64,000 nt of DNA from Macrostomum lignano (lineage: Eukaryota), in assembly GCA_002269645.1 (NCBI GenBank), contig NIVC01002011.1:62001-126000 (forward strand), in the 5' to 3' direction. Position numbers and translations under genes: made by a program. The stretch's first letter is position 1; the number at the start of each line of letters is the position of its first letter. The notes beneath the pieces are model-generated. The model searched no databases. It saw only the letters and a list, made by a program, of their open reading frames with translations, and was not told the origin of the DNA. Below, in pieces: positions 12,087 through 24,735 of the stretch.

Positions 12087-13862
12087 ATGGATTCTGGTGC
12101 GAGTTCGGATTCAGCTGATTCGTCTAGCTACTACTCAACTGCTGACGAGGCCGTTGATGAGTTTGAAAACCCAGGAGTCGAACACGTTGGTGAGTGGCAC
12201 ATGGTTCAAGCTGACACTGATAATCGACCATCAGCTTTGCCTGAATTCCTCGGTACCCCCAGTGCACGACCTGATTGGCATTCTCCACATGCTGCGGATG
12301 GAAACGAAGTAGCTTTCCTGAAGCTACAATATTTCTGACGGATCAACTGTTTGAAGATATTAGTCGATGGACCAACGCAAAAGCTTGGAAGATCTTTCAG
12401 GAGGCAGAGACTCAGGATGCTGTACTGAAGCTGGTGTTAAACTGGCGTGATTGCTCCACAAATGAAGCTCGAAAGTTGGTGGGCATTGTGCTGCTCATGG
12501 GAGTCGACAAGAAGCCAGAAATATCCAGCTACTGGTCAACCGACCTGATCTTTCACTGCCCGTTTCTTTTCAAGCCTTTCTCTCTATCAAGAGACCGATT
12601 TAAGCAGCTCCTGTCGTGTCTCCGTTTCTACGACTGCTCCGAGGCTTTAGGTGCTGGTCCATTGGCAAAGATGAAGCCCTTTCTCGATCGTGTGAGGCAC
12701 CTCTGCAGCAATAACTACATGCTCCGACAGCGAATTTCAACTGATGAGACGCTGGTGCTTTACAAAGGGAGAGTTGCTTTCAAGCAATATATCCCGTCGA
12801 AGCGAAGCAAGTATGGCATAAAGCTGTACTGCCTTTGCGAGACTGAGAGTTCATATTTATGGAACTTCGTCATACACACGTCTCTTGAGGTTAATCAACA
12901 GTTTGGTGAAGGACTCGGATGTCAAGGCTTGAGTATGAGCGAGAGAGTTGTGGCAGAGCTTCGCCGCGGTCTCCTCCATCTCGGACATCATGTGTTCACT
13001 GATAGTTGGTTTACATCACGCCGGCTGGCCGATTGGTTGCTGCAACACGATACGCTGCTGAAGCACGTGCGGAAGGATCGCGGCATTCCCGCTGATTTGC
13101 AGGCTGTCAACATCCACCCAGCTTCATCTGCATTCGCACGTTCAGGTGACCTCAGCGTGTAAATTTGTCGACAGGAAGCAAAGCGACACCAAGACCCTGT
13201 ATTTGCTGGACACGGCGGGCAAGGCAGAATGCATTCAGGTTCAACGCTACCGTCGCGGTGGTGCAAAAGCCTTCTAGCCTTCTAGCCTTCTAGCCTATTC
13301 TTCCAGTATGGGCGGGATTGACCATTTGGACGCCTCAATGCACCCGTATCTCGCGAACCGAAAGAGCATGAGCTGGTTCCACAAGCTGGGATTTCATCTT
13401 CTTGCGATGCTTGTGCGGAACTCGTGGGTGATCTACCGACAGTCAGGTGGCACAAAGACCTTTCTGCAGTTTCTGAGGCTGGCAATAAAGAGTCTTGTGG
13501 AGGACACTCGGGTTGCCAGGAGACGTGGACCTACACCAGTTGGTGCTGGCGCTCTTGCTATTGGCGGAGGAGATGGTGCTGACGCCCATTCACCAAGCAA
13601 GGCTCAAAGAATCGGAGACCAGGTCCGACCACGCAAAAGATGTCGTGTGTGCTGTGCAGCTGGCCAGGTCAAGAAGACTATATTCGTTTGCGAAGCCTGC
13701 CCGGGAGTTCCAGCCCTTTGCCTAGGTGCCTGTTTTTCACACTGGCACTCGCACTGGCTATTAGCTATTAGCTTTATTACCTTTAAACCATTAGATGAAT
13801 CAAAAACGTTATTACGTAATGGAATTTTTGTTGATGTTAATGTTCGTTATTCACTGAATTGA
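12087..13862 (+). pseudogene. piggyBac (PGBD-like) transposase, frameshifted
   Basis: SRDRFKQLLSCLRF, ISTDETLVLYKGRVAFKQYIPSKRSKYGIKLY, VFTDSWFTS, MGGIDHLD, C-terminal RKRCRVC...CEACPGVPALC...CFSHWH. An 8-bp GCCTTCTA x3 slippage lies at about 13268-13295. TTAA termini not found. Confidence 0.9.
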
Positions 13863-14776
13863 TATGCGTTGCATTATTCTTGTATGAATTTTCGGGTCTA
13901 TTGCAGTCTCGTGCAAGTGCATGTACCACAGTTCTGAGTCTCTTATTCAGGCAAAATCCCTTATCTGGCCGTTCCCTTTCATCACCTACCCACATGTACC
14001 TAACCACCTACCTAACTACCTACCTATCTTACAGATGCTCCAGTGTTTACATCTTTTCCTACTTGGAAATTGTCCCTTATAAGTCATGTAATTAGACTAC
14101 TCCGGCTTCATTGGAAACAAGCTTACTTCGTACAAGCAATTTTTTCAGTTTTGTTGAAAACTTCCGCAGTAGTTTTATTATAAAGGAATTATTAAAATTA
14201 CAGGTATGACATATCTAAGCTAATAATTCTCATTTTTGCGTCATATACTATTTGCAACATTCTTAGACACTGACCCGAAATTGGGCCATTCCCGTCGGGA
14301 ACGGGTGTGCTGAGATGATGATTGATTTGCCATAGACTTTTACAAACGCGCAGCCGTTCGCTTCGGTGCTGGCGGGATGACCCGAAATCAGGCCATCCGC
14401 CCGCTCATGATTAATCACTATTTTTGATAATAATAATAAATGTAATAATAATAATAAACTTATCATCACTCAACTGTAATATTCGTGATCATTCTGTACT
14501 TCTACTTAGTAGTTATTACTACACTGTTACTAACACTGCCACTAATAATACTAATACTTTTTTGTCACTTTTTTTTGTTGTATTAATATAACAATAAACT
14601 GGCGGCTAATATTCATCAATAAATGGCAGACTTGCGACGCCTGTCAAAACGCATGAAAATTTTCCATACGTTCTTTTCCGAATTTTACATCATTTCGCTA
14701 AGTTTACAGCGTACTGGGTTTTTAACTGAAGAGCATGCAATTTCTATGCACCAGAAATGAGGATCCAGCAGTCTGT

Positions 14777-15260
14777 TTAAGGCCGGTAGTAGTAATTACT
14801 CTGTAACGCGTCCAGAGCGCCTCAGATGCGACGCACAAACGAGTCTACAGTGACGCTAAAGCGCTTCTTTTGCGACTTTTTAGCGACTGCAAAACGCCGC
14901 TGAAACGCCGGAAATGCGATTCTAATTCATCAAGCGACGCAAATGCGCTTCAAACACAACTCAGTGACTTTAATGCGACTCTAGAACGCGTCAAATACGA
15001 CTCTACGGCCCCAGAATCGCTATACCGTCGCCCCAGAATCACTAGAGTCGCGCCAAAATCACTTACGTCGCCCCAGAATCATTTTAGAGTCGCAGACAAT
15101 GAAACGCTTCAAAGTGATTCTGGGGCGACTCTTTGGCGACTTTTACCGTGACATTTCGTCGCTTTAGAAGCGTTTAGAATCACTTCTGTCCCATTTAACC
15201 TATGTCATCTGCAACGCGTCTAGAACGATTCTGGGGCGACGCAAGTGACTCTGGGACGCT
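14777..15260. mobile_element. Non-autonomous DNA transposon fragment with subterminal repeats
   Basis: CCCCAGAATC-containing repeat at 15009, 15027-15041 and 15067-15081, inverted at 15115-15129 and 15227-15240. Partner terminus not found. Confidence 0.4.
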
Positions 15261-15961
15261 TCTTGGCCTGGGTACCGTTTTCATCGGGTAGGCTAGGTCC
15301 AGTACCCGGAGGCCCTCCGCACGGTGGCTGAATTGATGGCCAGCCAGGTCGGCGGAGCGCCGCCAGTCCTGCCTGACCTTCTCCGGCAAGCAATTAGCAG
15401 GCGCGAATGAGAGCCTGCTGAACAAAACTCAGGATGAGTCCCCATTTGCTCACCCCTTTTTATTTTCAGTGACCACAGGTAGACTCAAAGAGCAGTGTGA
15501 GCTGTCAGCTCTTATCATTATGCCCGAGGGGCTCGAGTTTATTCAGGTTGGCGCCTACATGTGCGCCGTTGGTTTTTCTTTCGGGAAAGAAGCGATCGCC
15601 CATTAATTTTCTTTAATTTTTTTGTCCGATTCTGGTGCATTTTTTGGACAAATTTGGGGCCGTTTCTGAACTTATTTAGGCGCCAGTTTACCGTGGGCCA
15701 GCGCCCCTACGCCAATGTCTAGGCGCAATTTCGCAAGTGGGCCGGCGCCCCCGCATCCTACTTAGGCGCCACTAGTAGCAGGCCGGCGCCCTGTGGTAGC
15801 GGGCAATGATCTTTGTGGCCTGCCCAGCCAAAGCAGTTGCTCATTAGCATTTCCGTTTGACTTGACTAAGTTTGTTTTCTCTTCATTAAAAGTTTGCATT
15901 TGTTTTATTTTAAATAAAGTGCGCGCCGCTTCACTCCGCCTCTTTATTTGAACGGGGAGAG

Positions 15962-16997
15962 TGTAGTGAGTCGCTATTTAGTTAGGCGCCGCACTAGTCA
16001 GCTGTTTCCCTCGCCCTCGCCCCAGGCTTCTGTCTGCCGCTGGGCAGTTGCCTGTCCCTTCTCGCCTGTCCTCTGGGCTGTCCCTTGCCCATTTGCCTGT
16101 CTGTCTGTTTGTCCTCGTTTGCCCCCTTGTGTCTCGTGTTCTCGTTTTGCAGTGCCCAGACAGCTTCGTCTCTGTTAGGCACCTCCAAATTTGGAGTGCC
16201 GTTCTGTTTTCCGGTCCCAAGGTCGCAAGTACCTTCACTTGTGGGCCTTTTTCCCCCTTGTCATGTCATGTGAGCCAGTCACATGACAGGGCCTTCTTCC
16301 TTCTTTAGTCCAAAGTGCAATGATTTCATCATTGTACGCTGGGCTCGCGTTTATGGGGACATCACGTGCGCTAGGACCCCTGCCTCCTCTGAGGCAGAAC
16401 CCGCTCGCTTGTTGCTAAAAATAGCAACAGAGTCACTCCTGACTGTCAGCGGGGGTCTTTCGTGCTATGGTGCAATCGATTCTCCCTATAAATGCAGCCC
16501 CTCTCATGGCTTGGTTCAGACAACCCCGTTTTCCGCCTGCGAGCCCGCTTTCCGAGCCCGTTCGTCAGCCCTTCCTCCGAGATTCTCTCTCAGTCAGAGT
16601 CTCTAAGTTTGTGTGCCAAGTTTGCGCCTAAGTCTCCCGACTTTGCGCGTGCCTGCCTCGAATTGCTCCTGCTATCTATTAGCAGGGCAGCTTAGATCGC
16701 CCGAAGCTAGCACCATCGCTCTAACCCCGCACTAACCCGGCAGGGACTGCTGACTGTGGACGCTTCTGTTCGAGAACTGCTAAATCTGCACGAAGTGCTA
16801 GACTTTCTCTCTCGTCTTAGTTATTTGCTTTTACGAGATCAGCACCTCACTGAAGGCTGCGACTCTGCGAAGCTGGTGGCAGCACTACCTACGCTACAAG
16901 TGTTGTTTCTAAGAAACCACCAGCTAGAGGTCCCCGCCCAGCGCTAGGGGATCTGCCTGGCCGCCCGAGACAGCCCGAGAACGCCAGGAGTACTTCA
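15962..16997 (+). mobile_element. LTR (family shared with 29789-30796) with PPT upstream and PBS downstream
   Basis: PPT GAACGGGGAGAG at 15950-15961; TGTAGT...CTTCA; TGGTGGCAGCG at 16999-17009 (tRNA-Leu-type PBS). Clearly similar to 29789-30796. Confidence 0.8.
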
Positions 16998-18381
16998 TTG
17001 GTGGCAGCGATTCTATTGAAGGCCTCTAGACGACAACCACAGCGGTGGGATTCAAAGACCTACCAGGCCATCTCCAGACTAACTAAAGGGCAATTACTTC
17101 ACATTCAGCTACCAGAGTTAGCCTAAAAAGGTTTTAATGAACACTTGTTCTAATAATATATTTTGACTCAGTGTTCCTCCTTTGAAGGCGCCAGCCTCTC
17201 CTTTTCCCCAAGGTCTTGTTCAGCTATAAGTGTACAGCCTTTCCCCTTCTCCAGCCCCACGAGAACGTACAGCTCCACTCCCAAGTGATTACCTCACTCC
17301 CTCTCGGTTGAACAGGCGTGCTGCCTTTACCCTAACCCCAGACCCCAAATTTAACCTGCCGTTCTGCCGACTCCCTCATCCAGACTTACTGTTTGCCCAG
17401 GCTTTTGCCTATCTCTAACTTTTCTCTTAATATTAGGCATTCCGCCTTCCTACCCCATAGACCTTATCTCCCCCCCCCCAATTATTAGCAGCCCTGCCCT
17501 CCTTCTCAATTCCCTATTAGACGCGCCGCCCTCTATGCAATCATTCCACATTAGTTACGAGTACTAGAAATCCCCATTGTGCGCTCAGTTTCCCAGGCAA
17601 CTCTGGTCTACCGCGAAGCCCTGCCTCGGACCAACCTTAACTTTAATTATTACAGACAGTGTCTTGCCGCTCGGACACTACGCCGCCAGGAGTTTCCCCA
17701 GGCTTACTCCTTTTAGTAGTAGAATTTGAACATTTCTCCCTGAATCCCAAGAAGTTCCCAAACCCCCCTTTGTAACAACTTAGTGTCTGAAGTAGGATTG
17801 GCAAAAAGGACAGAACTTTCCCCTAGAACAATTTGTTGGCATCTGTAGAATCCTCCACTTAGGAACAATAAAAACCTATCACAGATACGTCTTTTATAGC
17901 AACGCAGAGAGATTTCATTGAAATTTCGCTTGGAGTCATTCAAGCGCCATCACCATCCACTAGCTCGCACCACTCAATCAGATAATCATATTTGCAATTA
18001 TAGTAACGAACCAACGGTATTTCTTGTCCTAAATTATTATTATACAGTGTATTAACATTTTTTAATAAACGATTGTGCTATCTCTACCATTTTCCCAATT
18101 GGCGCCTTCATCATTTTTTCGTCACACAGATATCCTTATAGTCCCGAACGTTAATGCTAAAACAACATTGGTATGCAATACGAATACAGAGTTAGATTGC
18201 TTGGTGATATTTTATCTTAATCTTAATATACTTTAATATACTGAGTATGCAAGTATCTAGACCTGTTCATTTAAATTGGTGTAGGTATTTTTTGGCCATT
18301 ACTACATGTATATCAATAGACAGAATATGGTCATTATTTTGGTTAATTATTTGCTGAAGTAAAAATGATGTATAGGTTAGC

Positions 18382-20685
18382 TGGCGGGTTGGCGAAGCAA
18401 AGGGTGAAACAGTCCCGGCGATTAGCCCTCCTGCCGCTTCAAAGATAAGAGACTGTCTGTTGGCAAGAGTACCCGGGGTTTAGTTGGGGGGAGGCTCCTT
18501 CGGGTTGCCACGGCCGTGGGGGCGGTCTTATGACCGGTGTTTTGGCCTTTCTAACCCAGGAGAAGGCACGGGCTCCCCTGAATGGTTCACTCTTCTCACT
18601 CTAGCCTCGGGGAGGTTTATGATTTGTACCCGGGGGTGGTGGGCGGTCGGCCCCAGCATGGTAGCCACGGCTCTAGGCCTTCGGGCCATCCCTAATAGGC
18701 TTGGGTCTATCTAACCTGGTTTTTGGGCACGGGCTTCCTGACTGGTATGTCGTTCCGCTGTCACTGTCCCCCGGGGAGGTTTGGTTTTTTTGATACAGCC
18801 CTGTACAGTCCTCTATAGTCTAACTTGGCTTTTAGTGTACATTAGTACACTCCCTAGTAGGAAACTTTTTATATCTAGTGGCGTAAGAGCCTATTTCAAT
18901 GGCTGAGGTGCCGGAGCACTTATTTAGTTAGTTAGTTATGGGAGAAGATTCCTGGTTTTGTCTCGCATAGAGACGCCTAACCGCAGTCACTTCTGTGAAA
19001 CTTGTCTCTGCCTGGCTGAAAGCTTGTAATGAGTGAGTAGGCTGGGTTGGAGGGTAATAGTGGATCGGGAGGGGCTGTGGGTAGCTGTATAGGAAGGCAG
19101 GCCTATACCTGTACCAAGGTGCTCTGACGGTATCCCTCAGGCGCCCTCTGAGCGTACAGCCAGCGACCCTATTAAAGCTGGAGTGTGCCAGAACCAGGAC
19201 TGAGTCTGAGCAGGACGAGACCGTTAGCACGGTCACTATAAAAATGGCGGGTTGGCGAAGCAAAGGGTGAAATAGTCCCGGCGATTAGCCCTCCTGCCGC
19301 TTCAAAGATAAGAGACTGTCTGTTGGCAAGAGTACCCGGGGTTTAGTTGGGGGGGGGAGGCTCCTTCGGGTTGCCACGGCCGTGGGGGCGGTCTTATGAC
19401 CGGTGTTTTGGCCTTTCTAACCCAGGAGAAGGCACGGGCTCCCCTGAATGGTTCACTCTTCTCACTCTAGCCTCGGGGAGGTTTATGATTTGTACCCGGG
19501 GGTGGTGGGCGGTCGGCCCCAGCATGGTAGCCACGGCTCTAGGCCTTCGGGCCATCCCTAATAGGCTTGGGTCTATCTAACCTGGTTTTTGGGCACGGGC
19601 TTCCTGACTGGTATGTCGTTCCGCTGTCACTGTCCCCCGGGGAGGTTTGGTTTTTTTGATACAGCCCTGTACAGTCCTCTATAGTCTAACTTGGCTTTTA
19701 GTGTACATTAGTACACTCCCTAGTAGGAAACTTATTTATGTCTAGTGGCGTAAGAGCCTATTTCAATGGCTGAGGCGCCGGAGCACTTATTTAGTTAGTT
19801 AGTCATGGGAGAAGATTCCTGGTTTTGTCTCGCATAGAGACGCCTAACCGCAGTCACTTCTGTGAAACTTGTCTCTGCCTGGCTGAAAGCTTGTAATGAG
19901 TGAGTAGGCTGGGTTGGAGGGTAATAGTGGATCGGGAGGGGCTGTGGGTAGCTGTATAGGAAGGCAGGCCTATACCTGTACCAAGGTGCTCTGACGGTAT
20001 CCCTCAGGCGCCCTCTGAGCGTACAGCCAGCGACCCTATTAAAGCTGGAGTGTGCCAGAACCAGGACTGAGTCTGAGCAGGACGAGACCGTTAGCACGGT
20101 CACTATAAAAATGGCGGGTTGGCGAAGCAAAGGGTGAAATAGTCCCGGCGATTAGCCCTCCTGCCGCTTCAAAGATAAGAGACTGTCTGTTGGCAAGAGT
20201 ACCCGGGGTTTAGTTGGGGGGAGGCTCCTTCGGGTTGCCACGGCCGTGGGGGGCGGTCAAATGACCGGCATTGGCTTTTCTAACCCAGGAGAAGGCACGG
20301 GCTTCCCTGAATGGTTCACTCAACCCCCTCTGGCCCCGGGGAGGTTTTTGATATGTACCCGGGGGTGGTGGGCAGTCGGCCCCAGCATGGTTGCCACGGC
20401 TCTAGGCCTTCGGGCCATCCCTAATAGGCTAAGGGGCCTTCTAACCTGGTTTTTGGGCACGGGCTCCTGACTGGTTCGTCGAACCGCTGTCACTGTCCCC
20501 CGGGGAGGTTTGGATTTTATGATATTGCCCTGTACAGTCCTCTACAGTCTAATTGGCTTTTAGTGTACATGAGTACACTCCCAATATGGAACCTTAATTT
20601 TCTCTAGTGGCGTAAGAGCCTTTTTACTTAGGCTGAGGCGCCGGAAGTACTTATCATAGTCATAGTCATATGGGAGAAGATTCCT
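18382..20685. repeat. Tandem repeat of a ~865-bp unit (2.65 copies)
   Basis: Unit starts at 18382, 19245 and 20112 (periods 863 and 867). Copies 1 and 2 are near-identical; copy 3 is diverged and ends after TGGGAGAAGATTCCT. Confidence 0.95.
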
Positions 20686-21354
20686 CCGTAGCTTCTCTGT
20701 TGTTAAACGAGTGGTGCTGAAGGCACCTCGGGTCAGCCCGGGTAGGGCTCTGCCGATATATTTAAATTAAAAAATTATGCTAATTATTGGTTGTACGAAA
20801 GTTAAAAAATTCGATTTAAAATAATTATTTAGATTTAGAAATAAAAGTAAAGAAGTGTTCGCAACTGATAAAGGGGGAACTCTACAGAAAATGGGACGGG
20901 TCCTCACAAAGATAATTTGGACCGAAAGGGGGATCAGCGCGAAGGTTTTAAAATCAGTAATTAAATATTTGTATTTGATTAGAGTATAATATAGTAGCTA
21001 AGCGGCAGGAACTACTACTAGTAGCAGCCCCTACGCGAAGTATATTGGGTTGGCCTGGTTGGCACATGTAACTAAAAGTTTATGTATAAAAGCATTGTTT
21101 GTATTTTTGGGTTAGGATAAAAATAAGAGTAAAATATAAACAAGGCAAAAGCCAGGTGTAAAAGGAGCATTTGCAGTTTAAAATAATTGGATTGTAAAAA
21201 GGTAAAGAGAGGCGGAATCAGGAAGAGGTCTACAGCGGATCACAGTATCTTCAGCAGTACTAACAGGTAGGCACAGCTATTCTTACTGTATAGTTACTGG
21301 GTCGTAGGCCCACCCGCCTGGTCCAGCACTTGCCACTACCATCAACGCCTATTT

Positions 21355-22120
21355 TTTATATTAGTCCTTTTGTTTGTGCACTGACAGACGGCTAGGTCCA
21401 GAGTAAAAGAGAGGGGAAGCCACTGTCTTGGGGGCACTCTAAGTTTTTGGGGCAGCTAACCTAGTAGATCTAGGGCGGGTTTTGGGCCGCACGGGCCGCC
21501 GCATTTGCAGCTGCTTGTCTATTAGCTTGCCTCCTCTTCAGGCTGTCCCATATCAGGTTCAGCACTGGGGGGCGGTTGCGGGCAGCTCTAGGGAGTTCCG
21601 GCTCAATGTGGAAATCGTGGTGCCCAGCAGCCTTCACCTCGGAGAGCCAGCCTACGCCCAGGGCACGAATCCTGTCTGCCACCATAGGCATGGCTGCCAG
21701 CTCATGCAGGTAGGCTACCTGGGTGTAACTAGGGGCAACATAGCAGATCCTAGGAGCTAAGTTTTGGATTTTCTGGAGCTTATTGAGATTACTGGGTGCT
21801 ATGATGTTCAGCACCGGGGCACCGTAAGTCAGCGCAGCGTTTTCAAATTTCTCTGCGCACACCCAAAAGACTTGCTGGCTGGGGGGATGGTCTGGGTGGA
21901 TTCGGTCCTAGCACCGTCCCTGATTCCACTGTTGGTTTGGCGGTGTCTTGTACCATAGGCTTGAAGTCCCTCGCCCTTTCCCTAGCTTTAAGCTGGGGCC
22001 CAACTAAATTGGTGTTTCGGGTATCTCGGGTACACAGTCTTATCTGTGCCCTTGGCAGTGCCCTCTGCGGCAGAGCCCCTCCCAGGGCTGATCCGCGGGT
22101 AGCAAAGCTTCCCACCCCCG
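21355..22120 (-). mobile_element. LINE 3' fragment (RT C-terminal extension, jockey/I-like)
   Basis: ORF 21470-21862: LTYGAPV...LQKIQNLAPRICY...LHELAAMPMVADRI, typical of the post-RT region. A-rich end near 21355. Confidence 0.55.
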
Positions 22121-22625
22121 TTTAACAACAACAAGTCAGCGCACTCTCAACATAAGCCCTATATTCAGTATATCAGCATTCAGTACTTATCTCTAGACGT
22201 TATCCACAGTGTGGGGCGATATAGAGATACTTACTGATTGTGACCTACAACCACTGGGGTCGTTGCAATCTCCTGGCGTCTCGGCTCTCGGCGGCTCTCG
22301 GCGGCTCGGCTCGACGGCTCGGCCAGGCAGCTCGGCAGCTCGGCGGCTCGGCTCGGCGGCTCAGCTGCGGCTTCAGGCGGCGCCAGGCTTCGCCCAGCGG
22401 TCTGCAACCGGCCGGCCGGCTGCGCGCGACTTCTGCAACGAGGCGCCAGACATCTGCTCTTTAGGTTTTATAGGAACAGAGTAGAATAAGGACTTTCTAT
22501 TGCATTTAGCCGAGATAGGCCTACTTCCAGTAGTATTATTTGAGTTTTAATTTTAATTTTATAGTTTTAAGTTTTAATTGTTTTAAGGATTTATTTTGTA
22601 ACTAGGCCACTGTTTTAATGGCCTT

Positions 22626-23204
22626 ATGGAAGTAGAAAATAGCAGCAAACGGTGCTCACGTGACACTGACTCGCCGCCGTCTGTGTCGACCAAGAAAGTC
22701 AATAATCGAGACTCTGCCGGCCCGGGCCGCAGATCCGAGCAGCGAACAATGCTCTCACTTTCAAACGCGCCACTGCCGGAGACTCCGCCTCAAACTGGTA
22801 CCTCAAAAGGTGAGCGGCCTCCTTCTAAAAGGGATAGCATAGAAACCATGAAAGTTGAAGGTACAACTACCATCATTAAGCTACCGAAACCAGATAAATC
22901 TGAAAGCAAAACTTACAACCTACCAAACAACTGCAACATCAGCTATCATCCATCAGCTTTAAAAAATTGTAATAGTCAAATCTTGAAGATCCTCACTGAT
23001 GAGATCCAGGCGAAAGCCTTCCACCACCTCACCAACGGTCGACCGGAAGCCCGAAAGATTGTTTGGTTCGGGCCTGATTACTCGTATGGTGGTACCAAAA
23101 TTAGTGCCAACGACAACTGGCATCCACTCGCCATCAGTCTTGCAACCTGGCTCAGCGTTGAGTTCCATCTTCCCGTCTTTAACTCCTGTTTGATCAACTT
23201 CTAA
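22626..23204 (+). CDS. ORF with LINE-ORF1-like N-terminus and truncated AlkB/2OG-Fe(II) oxygenase (ALKBH2/3-like) domain
   Basis: ARKIVWFGPDYSYGG...NWHPLAISLATWL...FNSCLINF* matches the ALKBH2/3 pattern R..AW(F/Y)G..Y.YSG...W.P.L...FNS.L.N.Y. It stops exactly where YRDG..HxD should begin. Confidence 0.75.
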   Translation: MEVENSSKRCSRDTDSPPSVSTKKVNNRDSAGPGRRSEQRTMLSLSNAPLPETPPQTGTSKGERPPSKRDSIETMKVEGTTTIIKLPKPDKSESKTYNLPNNCNISYHPSALKNCNSQILKILTDEIQAKAFHHLTNGRPEARKIVWFGPDYSYGGTKISANDNWHPLAISLATWLSVEFHLPVFNSCLINF

Positions 23205-23289
23205 AGGACTATATATGGACTATAATTTTTCAGACTACTATTTTTAACATCAGACTACTATTTTTAACACAAATAGAAATTCATCTTTC

Positions 23290-24735
23290 TGCATGGAGCC
23301 AAATGGTGCACTAGCTCCGTATGCTGATGCCGTACCTGTTCAATTTACAATGACACAACGTGGTCGACAGAAAGTTGCATGGCAAGGATTCTAAGATACG
23401 TTAGAGAGACGTAGCGAAATGGATGCTACAGTCAGTCACCTTCTGGGTCTTGCGAGTACAACAGACATGTCTTGCCCTGTGCGAATACATATTCTCAATG
23501 GCTTTAAGATTGGCCAACGTAACAGCCACACGTACAACCCAAATGGTTCGCGATTTCTGGCACTGGAAGCTGTCGCAAACATGAGAAGGGATGCAGCCAC
23601 AACCCAAAACTCAACAAAAAATATTACTGCAAATGTCGCTGGGCTTCCTGAGGCTGCAGGTGTTTCGCTTCCAAGCGAGACGTCTCTTGAAAGAATGATT
23701 CAGGGCGTCCGTCACAGCACGCAGAACTTACCTATTCAGCCCCCGAATCTGCAGCAACTCGTGATTCCACCTGAGTTTTAGATGCATGCTGGCCATCAAT
23801 TTCTTTTATGTGATACAGGCCATATCCTTGTTTTCAGCACTCAGGAAAGCCTCCAATCTTTGCAAGAAGCGACACATTTTTTTTGATGGCACGTTTGATG
23901 CTGCGCCTGCTTTGTTCACCCAACTAGTCAGGTGCACGTAGAGCGCCATGACTTCGTACGCGCCCTCTTGTTTACGCACTTCTGTCTTATAAGCGGCAGG
24001 ACACATATTCTCGTTTTTTGCCATCCTGCGGGATTTAGCGCCAAATTTACATCCTACCCATTGGATGTGCGACTATGAGCGAGTTCAAATGGCTGCTATT
24101 CAAGAAGTTTTCGCTATTGAGCCGTCCGGTTGCTTTTTCATTTTGAGTCAGTGTGTTGTTCGCAAAGCAGTTTCGGAAGGCCCGAAGCAGCAACTTGAAG
24201 AAGCTGATGGCGAATTATCTTTGTCGATGCGTTGTTTGCCTGCACTGGTCTTCTTCCCGATGTATTCCGTAGCTGAGGCTTTTGAACAGCTTGACTCACT
24301 CCCAGACTTTCCAGAGGAGCTTGAGGCCGTCAGGGACTATTTTGAAGATTAATGGATCGGTCGACCGCTTGGAAACAACCAGAGGCGACCACCCAGATTC
24401 CCACTGGCGTCTTGGAACGTCCGGCAACGGACGCTGAATGGGCAGCACCGGACCAATAATTCGGTGGGAGCGTGGCATCGCCGCTTTCAAACTGCCCTTC
24501 AGTGCAGCAGGCCGCAGATATTTAAACTGATAACTCTTTGAAGAAGGATCACGTCCATCAGCTGTGATTAGTGCAGCGCGCCGCCGCTGGTGAAGCTCCC
24601 GTCTATCGACAAAAGTACGCCCGTAGCAACGAGATGCTTCTGCGCATTACCCAGCGCTGGAACGAAGATAGCCTACCTGTGGACTATCGTCTTCGCACTT
24701 TCCTTCGTGCCATTGCGCACCACCTAAAGAATTAG
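23290..24735 (+). pseudogene. MULE (Mutator) transposase with FLYWCH-like N-terminus, decayed
   Basis: TQRGRQKV...CPVRIH...HTYNP; FLLCDTG..ILVFST; FFDGTFDAAPALFTQL; CDYERVQMAAIQEVF..GCFF; RTNNSVGAWHRRF. Many stops and frameshifts. Confidence 0.85.

Noticed and set aside
12000-14300. piggyBac TIRs and TTAA target site
   Set aside because: No convincing inverted pair found, so element boundaries are not reported.
18382-18760. HDV-like or twister ribozyme in the 865-bp unit
   Set aside because: A P1-like pairing (GGCGGG/CCTGCC) exists but L3 and the GG of P1.1 are missing. The twister-like ACCCAAGC loop lacks the conserved UAA/L1 context and is not kept in copy 3.
22996-23015. Hammerhead-like CTGATGAG...CGAAA
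   Set aside because: Lies within the AlkB-like coding frame; no compatible stem I/III or NUH cleavage triplet found.
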